A stretch of DNA of 64,000 nt from Eutreptiella sp. 'Long Island Sound 2002' (GCA_964036045.1 OZ038378.1:181102001-181166000); one strand, 5' to 3'; positions 12,415-25,458 are shown, numbered from the stretch's first letter. Notes: generated from the letters alone by a model not told the origin. Numbers and translations: made by a program.

Positions 12415-15400
12415 GGACCAACTCCATGGGTTTGTTTCTAGGCGCTGTGGGTGAGTGCTAGTGTAGTTTATGCAGTTTACAACCATTTTTCTTATGTTGG
12501 CAGTTTTGGCGGTTTTAATGACCGTGTGGTATCCCCCTAGAGGGGTGGGACTTGGGATGTTGTGATAGTTTATCAATGCTAGAATGTAAAGGGATGTTTA
12601 TTGCAGCCTGGTTGTTGTTCTTTGTTGTAGCTTTGTCTCGGGCGGCTCATCACTCCTTTGGAAGACACAAAATCACCGTTTTCGCTTGAAATTGCCCCGC
12701 ATTGGTTGGCTGAAAAATGTGCTGTTTTGGTGACCCATGGCGACCGCCCGGAACACTTGGTCCAGGCTTGGGTAATCATGTGGTGACAATGGAACGACGT
12801 ATAAACACGTGGGGAGCTATGGAGCACAGATGGGGCCCTCCTAGTGCTGCTTTTTGGCCCAAAGCAGCACCGTTTTGGGCCTATTTGCACCATGGTGGGC
12901 AAAACCTGGGTGGGCTGATACTTACCAATGAGGGTGCTGACCAGCGGTGTGCGCGGTGCAGCGCGCGTGCGACATCAGCCCGGCACACACAATATATGCT
13001 CACACTAAAAGTTGCTGAAACGTGGCCAGTGTGCATTGTATGCAATGGTTAGATGATGCTATTGGTGTGTATGGGTAAAACATGCTTTGGGGGCATTATC
13101 TGGGGGGAAGTGGTGATGATGCATGCACAAAAGTTTCCCATTTCAATGTACTTTCTCCGCGTCCCTGCCTACCTTCCGAAAGGGTGTACATTGCACTAAA
13201 GCGTTGCATCCTCTGACGCACGCAGTGCGCACGGTGCAGTGCGCGGTGCGTTTCAGCACCCTCAATGTGTGTTGATGCAGGAAGCAGGTCCCATTCCACT
13301 TTTTTTCTTGTCAATGAACCCCATAACCAATTGTGCGGCACCCGGGCTCTATCTCCAGGTACCATGGGTTGCCCCCCCCCCCCTCCCCTTAGCGCCCAAC
13401 AGTGCGTATTTGGCTGTTTTCTGGCTGGCATGGGTTGGATGAACAATTGTGATTCTTGGGTGACCTCCAATGAGTGGTCTTGGGTGGTCTTGGGCAAGGT
13501 TGGGGTGATCATATGGTGGCAGCGGTATCCCTGCCCCCTCCCCCGTTGCAATCCCCCCCCCACCCGGGAGACCGTCACTTCCATGTTTTTCTAGTTAACA
13601 TCTATTGCGCTGGTTTGTGTTGCCCATCTGCTTTACACATGGCCTTGCATTGCTTTCCCATTACTTCAAATCAATCACCTGTGTGTATTCTGCGATGATC
13701 TCTCCCCAAAGGCGTTGTATGGGTGTGTTGTGTTGCTATTTGAGATCCAAGATGTTTTCTCCCTGTGACCGTGTACGGTACCACTCACACACACTTGGTG
13801 CACATGTGTTGGCCACTGTCGTGGGCCCTTCACCAAATGGGCCACAATTTTGCCACATTCGGTACATACGCCTTAGTGGGGTCACTCCTGTGGATTGTGA
13901 GAGCGCCCAACTCTCAAGGCTAGAGGCTGTGGCGGTTGAATCACCCAAGTCTCCAGAGTCACCGGACGCTGCCCAGTTTGCCTTGAAATACCCTTGAAAT
14001 CCCCCCCCCCCCGCCCGGGAGACCGTCACTTGGCGACCGTCTCCCCCCCCCCCACCCGGGAGACCGTCGCACACTAATGTGGGAGATTGCAAGGGGGGCG
14101 GGGGGTATAAATGCATGGGGAGCCATGTCGCACCAACTGGGCCCTCCTAGGGGCCCCTAGTGGTGTCCATCTCAGCCGAAGATTGCCATTCTCGGCTTAT
14201 TTGTAAGGTGGTGGGCAAAACTTGGTTGGCCTATTGTTGCCACAATGCTTGGATCCAAGCCCTGGTCCAATTCCACCTTTTCCCTTTACATTGACCCCAT
14301 AACCAATGGTGCGGTCCTGGGCTCTATCTTTGGGTACCTGTGATAGTCGACCAAAAACCGTGGTTTAGGGGCTTATTTAAAGTGTGGTGCGCAAAAGTTG
14401 GTCGGCCTATACCCACCACTGTGCATTCATTCACCCTGGTCCCAGTCCTCTTTTTTCTTCTCTCTAGACTCCCTAACCAAGGGCAAGAGTCCTGAGCTCA
14501 ATCTCTGATTATTCTTGGTCGGCCAACCATTGTTGAGGAGTTTGCTGTTTTCTAGCCAGTATGGTTTGGTTGAAAAAAACTTTTTGGTGCCCTCTGATAA
14601 CCTCCAAGGACCCTTGTGCCAAGATTGGGTCATCAATTGGTAACAATGAAATGACATAGAAACCCATGGGTAGCACCAACTGGCCACTGCTACAGGTGCC
14701 CACTATGGCCTAAAAGCGCCATTTTGGGTTTATTGCAGCGTGGGGGGCAAAACTTGGACCGCCTTTAGCCACCACTATGCGTGGATCCAGACCCTGGTCC
14801 CATTCCATATTTTCTTTAAATATGGACCCCCTAACCAGTGGCAGGGTCCCAGATTGTATCTCCAGATACCCCTGATTGCCCCCCCCATGGGCTCAACCGG
14901 TGAGGACTCAGCCATTTTCTGGCCTGCGTGGGTTGGCTGAAAAATAGCGATTTTTGGCCAACCTCCAATGACTGTTAGTGGCCTTCGTCCCAGCTGGTCA
15001 TCATTTGGTGACAATGGGAGCACCATGGAGAGCCACGCAGCACCAAATAGGCCCACCTATTGGGTGTCTATGGTCCCGTGAGAGCTAGTTGTAGGCAATA
15101 CCTGCGCATATGTGTGGATGGCTAGACAACAGCTCTGAGGCCACTTGGTGGTGGTGCTCAGGGCCAGTTCTCTGCGAACTGGAGTTGCTGACGGCAATAG
15201 AATTTTGAAAAGCATGTTGTACGCCCTCTTTGCGTCTCTTTTGGCCATTCGGTGGTGGGGAGGGGATCTCAGGAGCCTGGTGATGCACACTGCACAAAGA
15301 ACCGCACCACACTGCGATGCACACCACGCCATGGAAAGTGCACATCATGTAGGTGTGTGCGCTTTACAGAAATTTCCCAGCTTACCGGCACGAGGAAAGT

Positions 15401-15674
15401 ATTGCTGCAAGCTTCCAAATGCGCTATCAGTATGTTCTGCTCAGATGACGACAGATACGAGATTTAGCTTTCCTAGTGCCCTGGACGCAGCACAGTAAAG
15501 AGGCAACAATCATCATTGGAACAAAAAGCCTGCAACCTCCGGTAATTTCACCCCTCCATTTCTTGAATAAGTGGGTGGTGGCATCCTTGCCCATCTTGAC
15601 CGACACATCGAGAACGTTCCATCCATTGAGGGGGCAATGGCAGTAGAAGATTCTTGGTCCTGTGGGGGCTCCTT

Positions 15675-16052
15675 GGGGTCCTTGAGGGTTGTTGAGGTTG
15701 TTGAGAATGTGGTGTTGAAGGACGGCTGTGGATGGCGACATTACTGGTTACAGGGTTGTTGCTGTCATTGATGGTTGTCGCTTTGGAGGGTTATGAAGGA
15801 CAGCTATGGATTGGGACTGGGAACCAAGCTGCGTGCCTTTGATGGGCATAGGCTCTGAGTTACTTCACAACAGTCGTTTGAGGGCCTCGAATCACTCTCG
15901 TGCATTGCGCACCAGCGACGAACGAACAAAGAACACTGTATTTCCAAGGGCACCATCCCCGAGACACTGCAATGGGCAAATGCTGAGTCCGAAAGGAGGT
16001 CAGGGGCAATCCCTCAAACAAGAAATGCGTCCGGAGAAAACGCTTCGATTGG
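15675..16052 (+). repeat. ~378-bp dispersed repeat, copy B
   Basis: Reverse complement of 8878-9255. Confidence 0.9.
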
Positions 16053-16772
16053 TTACATTTTGCACCTGGACATCGACATGTAGGCGGTTGTAGAGCGTCA
16101 TAGACAAATGCAGAGAATGTAGGGAATCGTAGACATTTGTAGGGCATTGTTCACAGGATTTTTCACGGTTGTGGAGGTTTGTAGACAATTGTGCAGGGTT
16201 GTGGAGGATTATGGAAGGTGAGGGCATTGTGGAGGGCTACAACAGATCAAAGAGGGTTGTAGAGAGGTGTTGAGGGTTACGGAGGGTTGTGGAGGGTTGG
16301 AAGATTGCAGAGGGGTCTACAGGGTGTCAAGCGACTTTGACAGTTGTAGCAGGTCACACGTTTCTGTCCGTGCAATTTGAACGATGCACGTACAGATTCC
16401 TCCAGCAGCAGTGAATGGCAATGCCGGGGGAGCATTGACAGTGAGTGACACAATTGTTGACAAGGTGTTGCAGTCTCTGATGCGAACACCCGCCCTTGTA
16501 CCTGCTGAATGCTCTGTGTGTCCTGCCATGCATCAGACCCAGCCAGGCTGCAGGCTACCCAAAACATCCGGTTTATGGAAACCTTTTTGTGATTTAGTTG
16601 GTGCCTTTTTTGTGACCAAAGGGGAGTTGGGGGGGGGGGGGGTCCCGGACAGAACCCCCCTGTTATATGCATCACTGAGTGGGTTGTAGTGGTTGTAGCC
16701 GACGAGCACAATGGGCCCTCACAGATATTTTGCTGCCCCATCCGGTCCAGCCCGTGGGTGTGCACTGGTCCA

Positions 16773-17364
16773 ATGGGGGCATCTTTCTCCGAGATGGTCG
16801 TCCGACAGTTTTGTCCACCGCCAACAATCGAATTTTTGGTCGAAATTGTGATACTCCGGGGTAGAGACCTGCCACGCAGGCCCCACAGTCCGAACAGCGC
16901 TCACAGCAACGAGCCCTTTGTGGCGGTCTCCATCGGGGATCAGTCGTTCCGCACCTCCCTGAACGGCGACGACCGCAACCCCGACTGGAACGAGCGAATT
17001 CTCACGTTTCTTCCGAATGACGGGTCTGCGGAGACCGTGACGCTGGCAGTGTACGAAGACGATGCGTCCCAGAAGATGGATTTGATTGGCCGCCAGGGCC
17101 TCGCGCTGAAGCCCCAGCCCGTGAACAAGTACCAGGAGGTCAGTCTCGCGTTGCTGGGCCCCGATGAGGCGCCCTCCGGCTTCCTGGACCTCTTGATCAA
17201 GAAGACGGACCGCAGGGGCGTGGACTTATACCTCTGGGGGCACGCGTTCCGCCTTGCAGACCCCGATGGCCATGGGTTGCTGAGCCCGGGCGAGGCGCGT
17301 GCGGCACATTGCATTCTGACGGGTGGCGAGTCGCTCTCCGACGAGGAGTTGGATGCGTTCTGTG
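16773..17364 (+). CDS. PSD2: Phosphatidylserine decarboxylase (PSD2/3-type), exon 1: MGxxxS N-terminus, C2 domain, first EF-hand
   Basis: MGASFS start; C2-like FLVEIVILRGRDL...PFVAVSIG...NPDWNE...VTLAVYEDD...DLIG; EF-hand loop ADPDGHGLLSPGE. Donor TGTG|GTGTGT is phase 1, matching exon 2. The start codon choice is inferred. Confidence 0.85.
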
Positions 17365-20017
17365 GTGTGTCCGCCCCCCCGATGCCTCTGGGAACCGGGG
17401 GAACCAACAGACAGGCACCGATCGAGCAGCCCCAGACACCGTTTTCCGCAACCAACCGAGCGGGCACTGCAGGAGGAACCCAAGGCCGCGTGTTTTACTG
17501 GGCAACATTTTGCCCTCAAGAAGCTTCCAGTCCAACCACCATCGGTTGGCCCACCGCTGCCGTCGGTTGGCCCACAGCCGCCGTTGGTTGGCTCAGAATG
17601 GCCGTTGTTCTCCCCCGATTGGCACCAAGTGAAGAGACCATTGTGTTCTCTCTTTGTGCCACCGACCACACCACACCACCGCAAGGGTGAGGCACCGTAG
17701 AGTTCTGTTCGAGAGATGCAACCAATTGTTAAATGGGGGCTAAGGTGAGGGATGATAACAGGTGGCGTTCATACCCCGTGCTTGGACAAGGGCGGTGCTT
17801 GTCCAAGCACCACTACCCGGTGAAACCGTCATTTTTTGCACCGTCAATTTTACGGTGCAAAATGGGTTTTTAGTTTGTTTTGTGCAGTGTTGTGCCAGCC
17901 TGAGTGCCCAATTGTGTACCTTTTTGCTCAAGAAAGATTCCCATTCCCTGTCCTGCAGTCCTGAATGTCTCTTTTTTCACCTGGGTACCCCCTGAAGTAC
18001 AAGCCGTCCACTGGGGACATGGCAGAAGGTGTTGTTGTTGGTCCCTCGCCCCTTGGCGACAGGTTCATCCGCATCGACATATGAGCGTGGTGGTTCAGTG
18101 GTGCACCATGTCAGCCCATGACATGAGAAACTGTGATGCAGATTGACAGAGTCCAGAGTTCTGCAGTGGTGTGCTGCTGAATGTGTCCTTGCTTGTGTGC
18201 TAGACACACCCTGGGGTCCAGGGGACAAGTCACGAGTTGAAAACGGTTTTCGACCAGGGGTGCCGCGCGCAGTCACCGGCGTTGTCCAAGCACCACTACC
18301 CGGTGAACCGTTTTCTGTGCCTTTGGCGGTTCTTGGACAAGGGGGGGGGGGTTACCTGCTGGGGGTATGAAAGTGTGTGTGAGGCGGGGGGCGTGGGGGG
18401 GGTGTGTGGGTGCGACAAGTGGTGACAAGATTGGCTTTATAACGCGAACCAAGCACAAGTGTTCACCTCAGGGTGTGCGAACGTAGAGAGGTAACAAAAT
18501 GCTTCATGCATTGAAAAATGCCGCTTTGAGTCTTTTCGAGCCAGTCAAGGGGCAGAGGCTGCTGACAGGGGGGTGCGCCATGAGTATTGACAGCACTAGA
18601 GAAAGCCGAAATGACTATCCAAGGCTGTGTGCCACAACATTGAAGCCACAGCCGTGTGCATGTGTGTGTGTGTGCGCGCGTGTGCGTGTGATGCAATCCG
18701 GCTAATTTTTGGTTTGCTTTATTTTTATCTTCGTTTGTTTGTACCCTGTTTGTTCGTTCCCACACTTGATTTACCTGTCTTCACTTCGTTTGTTCATTTA
18801 AGTCTCGTTTTTACACGCGTTCTACAAGAATGTATTTTTGTTTGTTTCGTTTTTGACGCATGGTCTACATGAATGGTCATATTTATTTCGTGTGTGTCTT
18901 AGTGTGTTCCGGTCGTATGTTGTTTGTGTGGGACTATATTTGTTTTACATGAATGCACCCTTGTTCGTCCCATTACAACACATGGTTTACATGCACCTTC
19001 GCACCTTCGCTCGTTTTATGTTATGTTTTATGTTCTTCGACATGTATGTGCCTATGTACTGGTCACACGAGTTTACCCGTCTTATTTTATTTTATTTTAT
19101 TTTATTTCGTGTATGTTTACCTTTGTGTGTCCCGCTGGTATTTTACCTCTTCTGAGTTTGCCACTGGATATTGCGGTCATGGTGATTTCATGTATGCTTA
19201 CCTTTGTGTGTTCCAGTCATGTTTACTCGACTTTGTGTGCGTTCGCTGAAGGTTGCTCTAGCCATATTTATTTCGTGTGTTTCCTCTTTTGTGTGTTCCG
19301 GTCATCTTTACCTCCGGTGATCTCCTTTTTCTGTGTTCTGGTTGTACCCTCCCCCTCCCCCGTGTTCTGCCCCACCCCCTTGTCCTCCCCCCCCCCCGGG
19401 GGGGGGGGATGGGGGACCGTCACTTGGTCAACACGAAATTTTTTGTTACAGCTCACTGTGCTGTTGTGTGGGTGACTGTGTTGTGAGACACTGCCACTTG
19501 TATCCCTTGTACTCTTGGCAGGACGTTTTGCTCGCTTTCGCTGAAATGGAACTTGATAGCACAGCCATGTTTACCCCTGGGACGAATGTAATGTTCATCC
19601 GCTCCACAGGGGAAAGTGGTCAGCATGTGCAGGAGTTCAAGGTCAAGTGGAGCAGGACCAAGAAACCTTTACACCGAGCCAGTTAAGGAGTAGGTGTCAG
19701 TACATTGGCATCGCTTTGAACGCATCTTATGTTGAATTCTTTCGTTTTGCAGTGCAATTTCTGTGTCTGAAAATGTGCATGTACGGTGGTAGTTCCCCAT
19801 GGGGGGATGGGGGACCGTCACTTGGCAACCGTCCCCCAGGTGGTGACGGGCGACCATCTTCCCTGGGGTGGGGTGGGGAGGGTAAGGCAATTGGAGAAGG
19901 CAAGGGGGGAAGCTACGCCTCCCCGTACTCTTCTTGTGCTTGTCACTGCGCTGTCGCATGCGAGGCGGACGAAATGTACCATACACATCTCCATCATGAT
20001 CTCTCTGCATTCTTCAG

Positions 20018-20238
20018 GGGCTGCAGAGGAGGATGGCAGCCACAAAATATCTGCGGAACAGATGGTGGACTACATGGCAAAGGCAGACAAGCCAACCATC
20101 CCAAGCGCGGGTGACCACGACATCGTTGTCCGTGCCATGCACCTCCGCAGCCAATATCAAGAGAGGATGGGCATCGACCCGAATGCTGACCTGTCATGGT
20201 TTGTGGCCATGGACTTTGCAGAGCATGAGTCTGAACAG
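20018..20238 (+). CDS. PSD2: PSD exon 2 (second EF-hand-like loop and linker)
   Basis: Acceptor ttcttcag|GG (phase 1). The splice gives DEELDAFCGAAEEDGSHKISAEQMVDYM, a second EF-hand-like motif. Donor CAG|GTGGTG is phase 0. Confidence 0.8.
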
Positions 20239-20518
20239 GTGGTGCTCGGGCCTGCATTTCAGCTTGTTTGAATATCCTGCAGGGCATCCCTAGGATCCGT
20301 GTCGATCGGTTGCAGTCTAGGTCAATCACGGTTGGAGGGTAACCGACGGCAGGAGCGTTAGGGTACCTGATGGCGATTGAAGGGTGACCGAAGCAGCGCT
20401 TGTTGCCCACCATCCATGTCAGGCCTCGAATTTGAACCCACGACCGCTGGGTGCGCTTTTGAGCGGTGTTCAGGTCCTTCAGCTGACCATTGGCATTGGC
20501 ATTGGACTGGGAACATGT

Positions 20519-21200
20519 TTGGAAAACCATGGTTTTAACCCGTTTTTGAGCCACTTGTGGTCCCAAATTGGCCCATTTTCAAGGCCCTTTCAGCCTTGAG
20601 AGGAGCCAAAATTGCTCAACATTGGCTCAAAATGGACTCATTCCTCTTGTTTGTGCACCCCCAATAGTCCAAAGGTATCTTTGGAAAAACACATTTTGAT
20701 CCATTTTTGACTGATTTTTCGTCCCAAAACAGCCCTTTTTCAACGCATTTTGTGAGTTTGGAGTGGCCAAAATGGCTTGCAATGGGCTCAAAAAGGGCTC
20801 ATTTCACTTGTTTAGGCACCCCAAATGGTGTAGGATCATTTTTGGAAAAACACACCTTTGACCCATTTTTGACCCATTTTTGACCCATTTTTTGTCGCAA
20901 AACAACCCATTTTCAAGGCATTTTGTGACTTTGGAGGGGCCAAAATGGCTTGCAGTGGGCTCAAAATGGGCTCATTTGCTTGTTTAGGCACCCCAAATCA
21001 TCTAGGGTTATTTTTGGAAAAACCCATTTTTGACCCATTTTTGACCCTTTTTTTTGTCCCAAAACAGCCCATTTTCAAGGCATTTTGGGGTTTTAGGAGG
21101 GCCACAACGTGCCACAGCGAGCTCAAAACGCGCCAAAAACACTTCTTTTGGCATTCCATGTGGTCCAGGATCATTTTTGAAAAAAGTCATTTTTTTTTGC
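20519..21200. repeat. ~162-172-bp tandem repeat array (about 4 units) in PSD intron 2
   Basis: The ttggaaaa anchor recurs at ~20519, 20681, 20842, 21014 and 21177, with shared internal blocks (ccattttt, gggctcaaaa, ttgtttaggcaccccaaat). Confidence 0.85.
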
Positions 21201-22475
21201 ACCCGGTGGACCTTGTTGACCCATCTTGGCACCCACCTCTTTAGGTTACCTCCTGCAGCTTGCCGCAGCCCACTGGGCCTAGGTGCGGGGGTCTAGGCGT
21301 GGGTTAGGGCAATTTTGAGGGGTGGAGACCACCAAAAGTGGGTGGTTGCGGGTGGAATAGGTGCACTTGAAATTGCGTTTTGAGCCACGTAGCCCAATAT
21401 ATGGTCTGTTTTTGGTTTGGGGCTATCAGCGGCCAATGTGCACAAATTCTGGGGCTTTTGGGGGGCTTTTGGGGGCGGTTCGCGGACATATTGTGGAGTT
21501 AGAGGGCCCTAGAGGGCCCTTCGGCATGGGGAAGTCTAGCTGCATGTGTAGAGTCGCCACTATTTCCTTTCATTTGGCTGACAAAGCGCTGTTTTATCGC
21601 ATGCATACATCCATAACCCCATACCCCCAGATACACATCCCCCCTCCAGGTATGCATGTGGTAATAGTGGGTCATGCCAACTCCCCCCCTCCCCCTTGAG
21701 AAACCCCCCCCCAGCCATACCGCCAAACCCTCCCCGTTACTCTCCCACCAATCCCCCCCCCCCCGCAGGGTTTGACAGATAACGGGGGGTGGGTCACATT
21801 ACGAGTGGTTGTAGTCGCCCCGTGTCTTGGCTGTTATCTGCCACCCCATACCCGCCGCACATGTTGGCCGATTACAAGGACCCTGCCCATGCAACCTCCC
21901 CCCACCACCACCAACCGCTAGGGATGCATGTAATGCTGATGAGGTGAACATGCACGAGTTTGCGGATACCAGTGTTTGGAGGCATAAGTTCCCAGTCTGC
22001 GTGCATTGCACTTGCACAAGGCCAGGCTCCCCATCCTCAGAAGAGAGCATGTGCAGTCAGGAAACTCCTTGCAAGTGAGGCACACCCGAGCATGGCCCAG
22101 AGGCAGGAAAGAGCACATTGGATAATCCACCCTAGGTGCAGCTGATTTAGCGGCCCCAGATTCAGCGGATTCGGCAGCAGACTCAGAGGGATCCTCGTGG
22201 TGGTTCTGAGGCACAGGTCCACTGCGGGTGCTCGTCGAGTTACTATCCAAACAGGATGCAGACCGACCGCAGTCGTCGGTTTGGCGGGTACCCGACAGCG
22301 CTTGGAGTGTAATGGACGGGCAACCGACGACGGTTGGCAGACCGCGAGGCCGGTCGGCGACTTCCCCTGCGGACCGACGGCGGCTTTGGAATTGGCGTGC
22401 CGTACTACGGCAGCGCGTTGCGTACTGATGAAGATCCCTCGGAGACAGACTGCCCAACCCAAACTCTCATTTCAG

Positions 22476-23117
22476 GGGGACAACTCCGTGGCTCGGGTTC
22501 TGCTGTCCCAAAGCGGTTGGGTGACGGAGACAGGCCCCTCCTCACGACACCGGCTGTGGTGGCACTCTAAGCCGCACCCGAGCGCGGAGGGGCCCACGCA
22601 CGGGGCCGCAATCGTCGTGAAAGTGCGCGAGACCGGGGCCATGGTCGAAGAGAAGATCCCCAACTATTTGAAGGTCTCCATGTCGCTGATGTACGGGAAC
22701 CAGCGCCGCACGGCGCTCCTGGGCCTATTGCACGCGAAGGCGGTGCTGCGCCGGATGACCTGCAATCACACGGCGCGATTCGACCGGAAGGAGAGCGCGC
22801 GCGACATTGCGGGATTCGTGGAGTACCACCACCTGAACATGGACGAGGCACTGCATCCCGTGTCGCATTTTGAAACGTTCAATCAGTTCTTCTACCGCAA
22901 GCTCAAACCGGGGGTCCGCCCTATCCACAAGCCGGCAGACCCTTCGTGGGCCGTGCTGCCTGCGGACGCCCGCACGATGGTTTTTGACAGCCTGGCCGCG
23001 TCCCGAGAGCTTTGGATCAAAGGAGACAATTTTGCACTTGAGACCCTGCTGCAGGACACTGCCCTGGCGTCAGACTTCGAAGGCTGTGCACTCATGATCT
23101 CCCGCTTGGCCCCACAG
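22476..23117 (+). CDS. PSD2: PSD exon 3 (decarboxylase beta chain)
   Basis: Acceptor ctcatttcag|GGG. Motifs VKVRETG.MVEEKIP, FETFNQFFYRKLKPGVRPI, PADAR (catalytic Asp), LWIKG..F, ISRLAPQ. Donor CAG|GTCTGT is phase 0. Confidence 0.95.
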
Positions 23118-23455
23118 GTCTGTGTGCGGTGTGCAGGCCTGTTTGTCTGTGTGCATGGTTTTTGCTGTTCTCGGTCAGCCCCATCTGCATATGCGCCTGA
23201 GGGAGCGGGAGGCTGAAGGGGGGTTTCAAAAATGGTTGCCAACCTGGATACTGGGGGTTGCAAAAGCGGTTGCGAGGGGAAGCCTGGCGCTTACAAAATG
23301 GTTTGTGGGCTGCTGAGGGTGGACAGAAAGCGACTCGGGCACAACAAATGGGGTGCACCCTTCGCCCCATCCCCCACCGCCACCCAAAGCCATTTTGCCA
23401 TACCTTGGTGATTTTTTGCGGAAATGTTTATTTGTCAGCATGAGGTGGCCAGAAT

Positions 23456-23831
23456 CAGGGCGGTCCTAAAGGAACCAGATTTTTTTTTGTTAAGGACCGC
23501 CCCAAGGGACCACCAACCGCCAACCGCCAAATCCCACCAACCGCCAACCGCCACCAACCGCCAACCACCAACCGCCACCAACCGCCAGCGGCGACCAACC
23601 GCCAACCGCCAACCACTACCAACCGCCACCAACCACCAATCACCAACCACCAACCGCCGCCAACCACCACCAACCGCCAGTTGCCAAGTGCCAACCGCCA
23701 ATCGCCGCCAACCGCCAACCGCCAACCGCCAACCGCCACCAACCATGGTTGAACACATGGAGTGCCCGCGGGATTTTTTGGGAAAACTGTGTAACGGAAA
23801 CTCTTTTTTTTTTCCGCTAAGGACCGCCCTG
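23456..23831. mobile_element. hAT-type MITE (376 bp) filled with a (CCAACCG)n-like simple repeat, in PSD intron 3
   Basis: Perfect 12-bp TIR CAGGGCGGTCCT...AGGACCGCCCTG. The flanking 8-mers gccagaat / tccaaaat match 6/8, consistent with an aged 8-bp TSD. Confidence 0.75.
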
Positions 23832-25041
23832 TCCAAAATGCACCAAACAAAAATATGCGAGAAAAAGAAAATGATTTTCTCGTCATGCCCTGCAAAAAAT
23901 TTATTTCGATTTCTGCTTGCCTTGCCTTACTGCTGGCTGCTCTATGTTTCATTTTAAAGAATGTTCAAAGGGATAGGCATTCGGTTCATTCGTGCCAAAT
24001 CCCCTTTGCACATGACCCATGTTGAACATTCGACTTTCTGTCATTCCCCATGAATCAATCAGCTGCGGCGCGCTTTGCTGCTGCTGCAGACAGGCCACTG
24101 TGCTGCAGAGGCATTGTTATCGTTGTGGTCAATTCTGTTGCCAGCCCTGCAGAGCCTGGCCCTTTTTACCCAGTTGGGAGACTCTGTGGAACCCGCGGCA
24201 TCCACCCAGGTTGACAGCATCCACCCAGGTACCACCACCAATCAACAGCATCCAGCTACAAGAAGTAACAGCATCCATCTAAGGAGCACTAGGAATCAAC
24301 AGCGTACAACCAGCGAGCAACAAGAAGTACCAGGACCCACTTCGCGTAATATTTCTCCCTCTGCAAAGGTAATATTTGCCAACAAAATCGTAAAACAAAA
24401 ATTCTAGCTTTTTGGTGGCTTTCCAAAGTTTTTGCCCATAAGAAATTCAAAATCCCCTGAGCAGTAATTAGCGTTCCGCAAAACATTCCCAATTGTGCGG
24501 TACTAAAACATATCAAAACCAAGTGGCACTTTTTGAGCACATGCTCATGATCTTACGGTGGATGACACAACATACAACGGGGAATGGGGAGCATATTGCA
24601 AGAGTGTAAGCGAACTACCACCATAGTGCCCTGATCACACCATTGTAGAGCTTTATCTATCCTCCTACAGGTCTCCAATGCGCTAATTGCGAAAGCCTGT
24701 CTTCTGTTGCAGCATGACCACCCGCTGAAGCAGGTTGATGAATCGACCAAGGTCGACCTCAACCATTTCTTTAATAAATGGATAAAAGGGATACATTGCA
24801 CCAGATCAGAGAGAGAGAGAGCTTGTGCTGTGGCCTGCCTGTAAGAGAGTCTGCAAGGAAATAGTGCATGGTTGTGTCTTACTTGAGTTGCGCTTTTTCT
24901 GTGATACAAATACAGTTGTATCACGTGGGAATGGCTTGTATAGATGCGCATCCCGAACCCCAAGACGTGTCCGCATGGCTGTCTGTGTGTCCGTGTGTGC
25001 AATGGGTGTTCCGTCTGTACCCCCTCCTCTGTGTTGCACAG

Positions 25042-25458
25042 GACTATCACCGGTTCCATTTCCCGGTCACTGGGACCGTCACCGAGATCAAGGAGATCGA
25101 TGGCGAGTACTACACCGTCAATCCTGTGGCCGTGCGGTCCCACATCGATGTGTACGGGGACAATCGCCGGGCGCTGTGCGTCGTCCAGACCGAGTGCTTC
25201 GGGCCAGTCTGTGTTGTGGTCGTGGGGGCCACGATGGTGGGGTCCATCGTATTCACGTGTCGGGAAGGGGATCGGGTAGCGAAAGGCGATGAAATGGGGT
25301 ACTTTGCCTTTGGGGGGTCGACCCTCGTCACCCTGTTCACGAGGGGCACCATTGCGTTCGATGATGATTTGCGGCAGACGTCCCGCGTTCCTGTGGAAAT
25401 GTTGGGGAGGATGGGCACGTCTTGTGGGCGATCCCTGCTCAACGTTGGGGGGGCTTGA
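25042..25458 (+). CDS. PSD2: PSD exon 4 (His motif, GGST autocleavage site, alpha chain, stop)
   Basis: Acceptor gttgcacag|GAC completes RLAPQ-DYHRFHFPV. Also YYTVNP.AV, VGATMVGSI, KGDEMGYFAFGG|STLVTLF (pyruvoyl Ser at 25318-25320), and TGA at 25456-25458. Confidence 0.96.
   Translation, partial: DYHRFHFPVTGTVTEIKEIDGEYYTVNPVAVRSHIDVYGDNRRALCVVQTECFGPVCVVVVGATMVGSIVFTCREGDRVAKGDEMGYFAFGGSTLVTLFTRGTIAFDDDLRQTSRVPVEMLGRMGTSCGRSLLNVGGA

Noticed and set aside
20405-20495. tRNA-like A/B-box remnants (minus), also GGTTCGAATCCC at ~61770 and a B-box at ~27790
   Set aside because: No complete cloverleaf or acceptor stem. At most these are tRNA-derived SINE fragments, so they are not called as tRNAs.
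17365-25041. Nonconventional (non-GT-AG) euglenid-type introns in PSD
   Set aside because: All three introns resolve with canonical GT-AG and matching phases.
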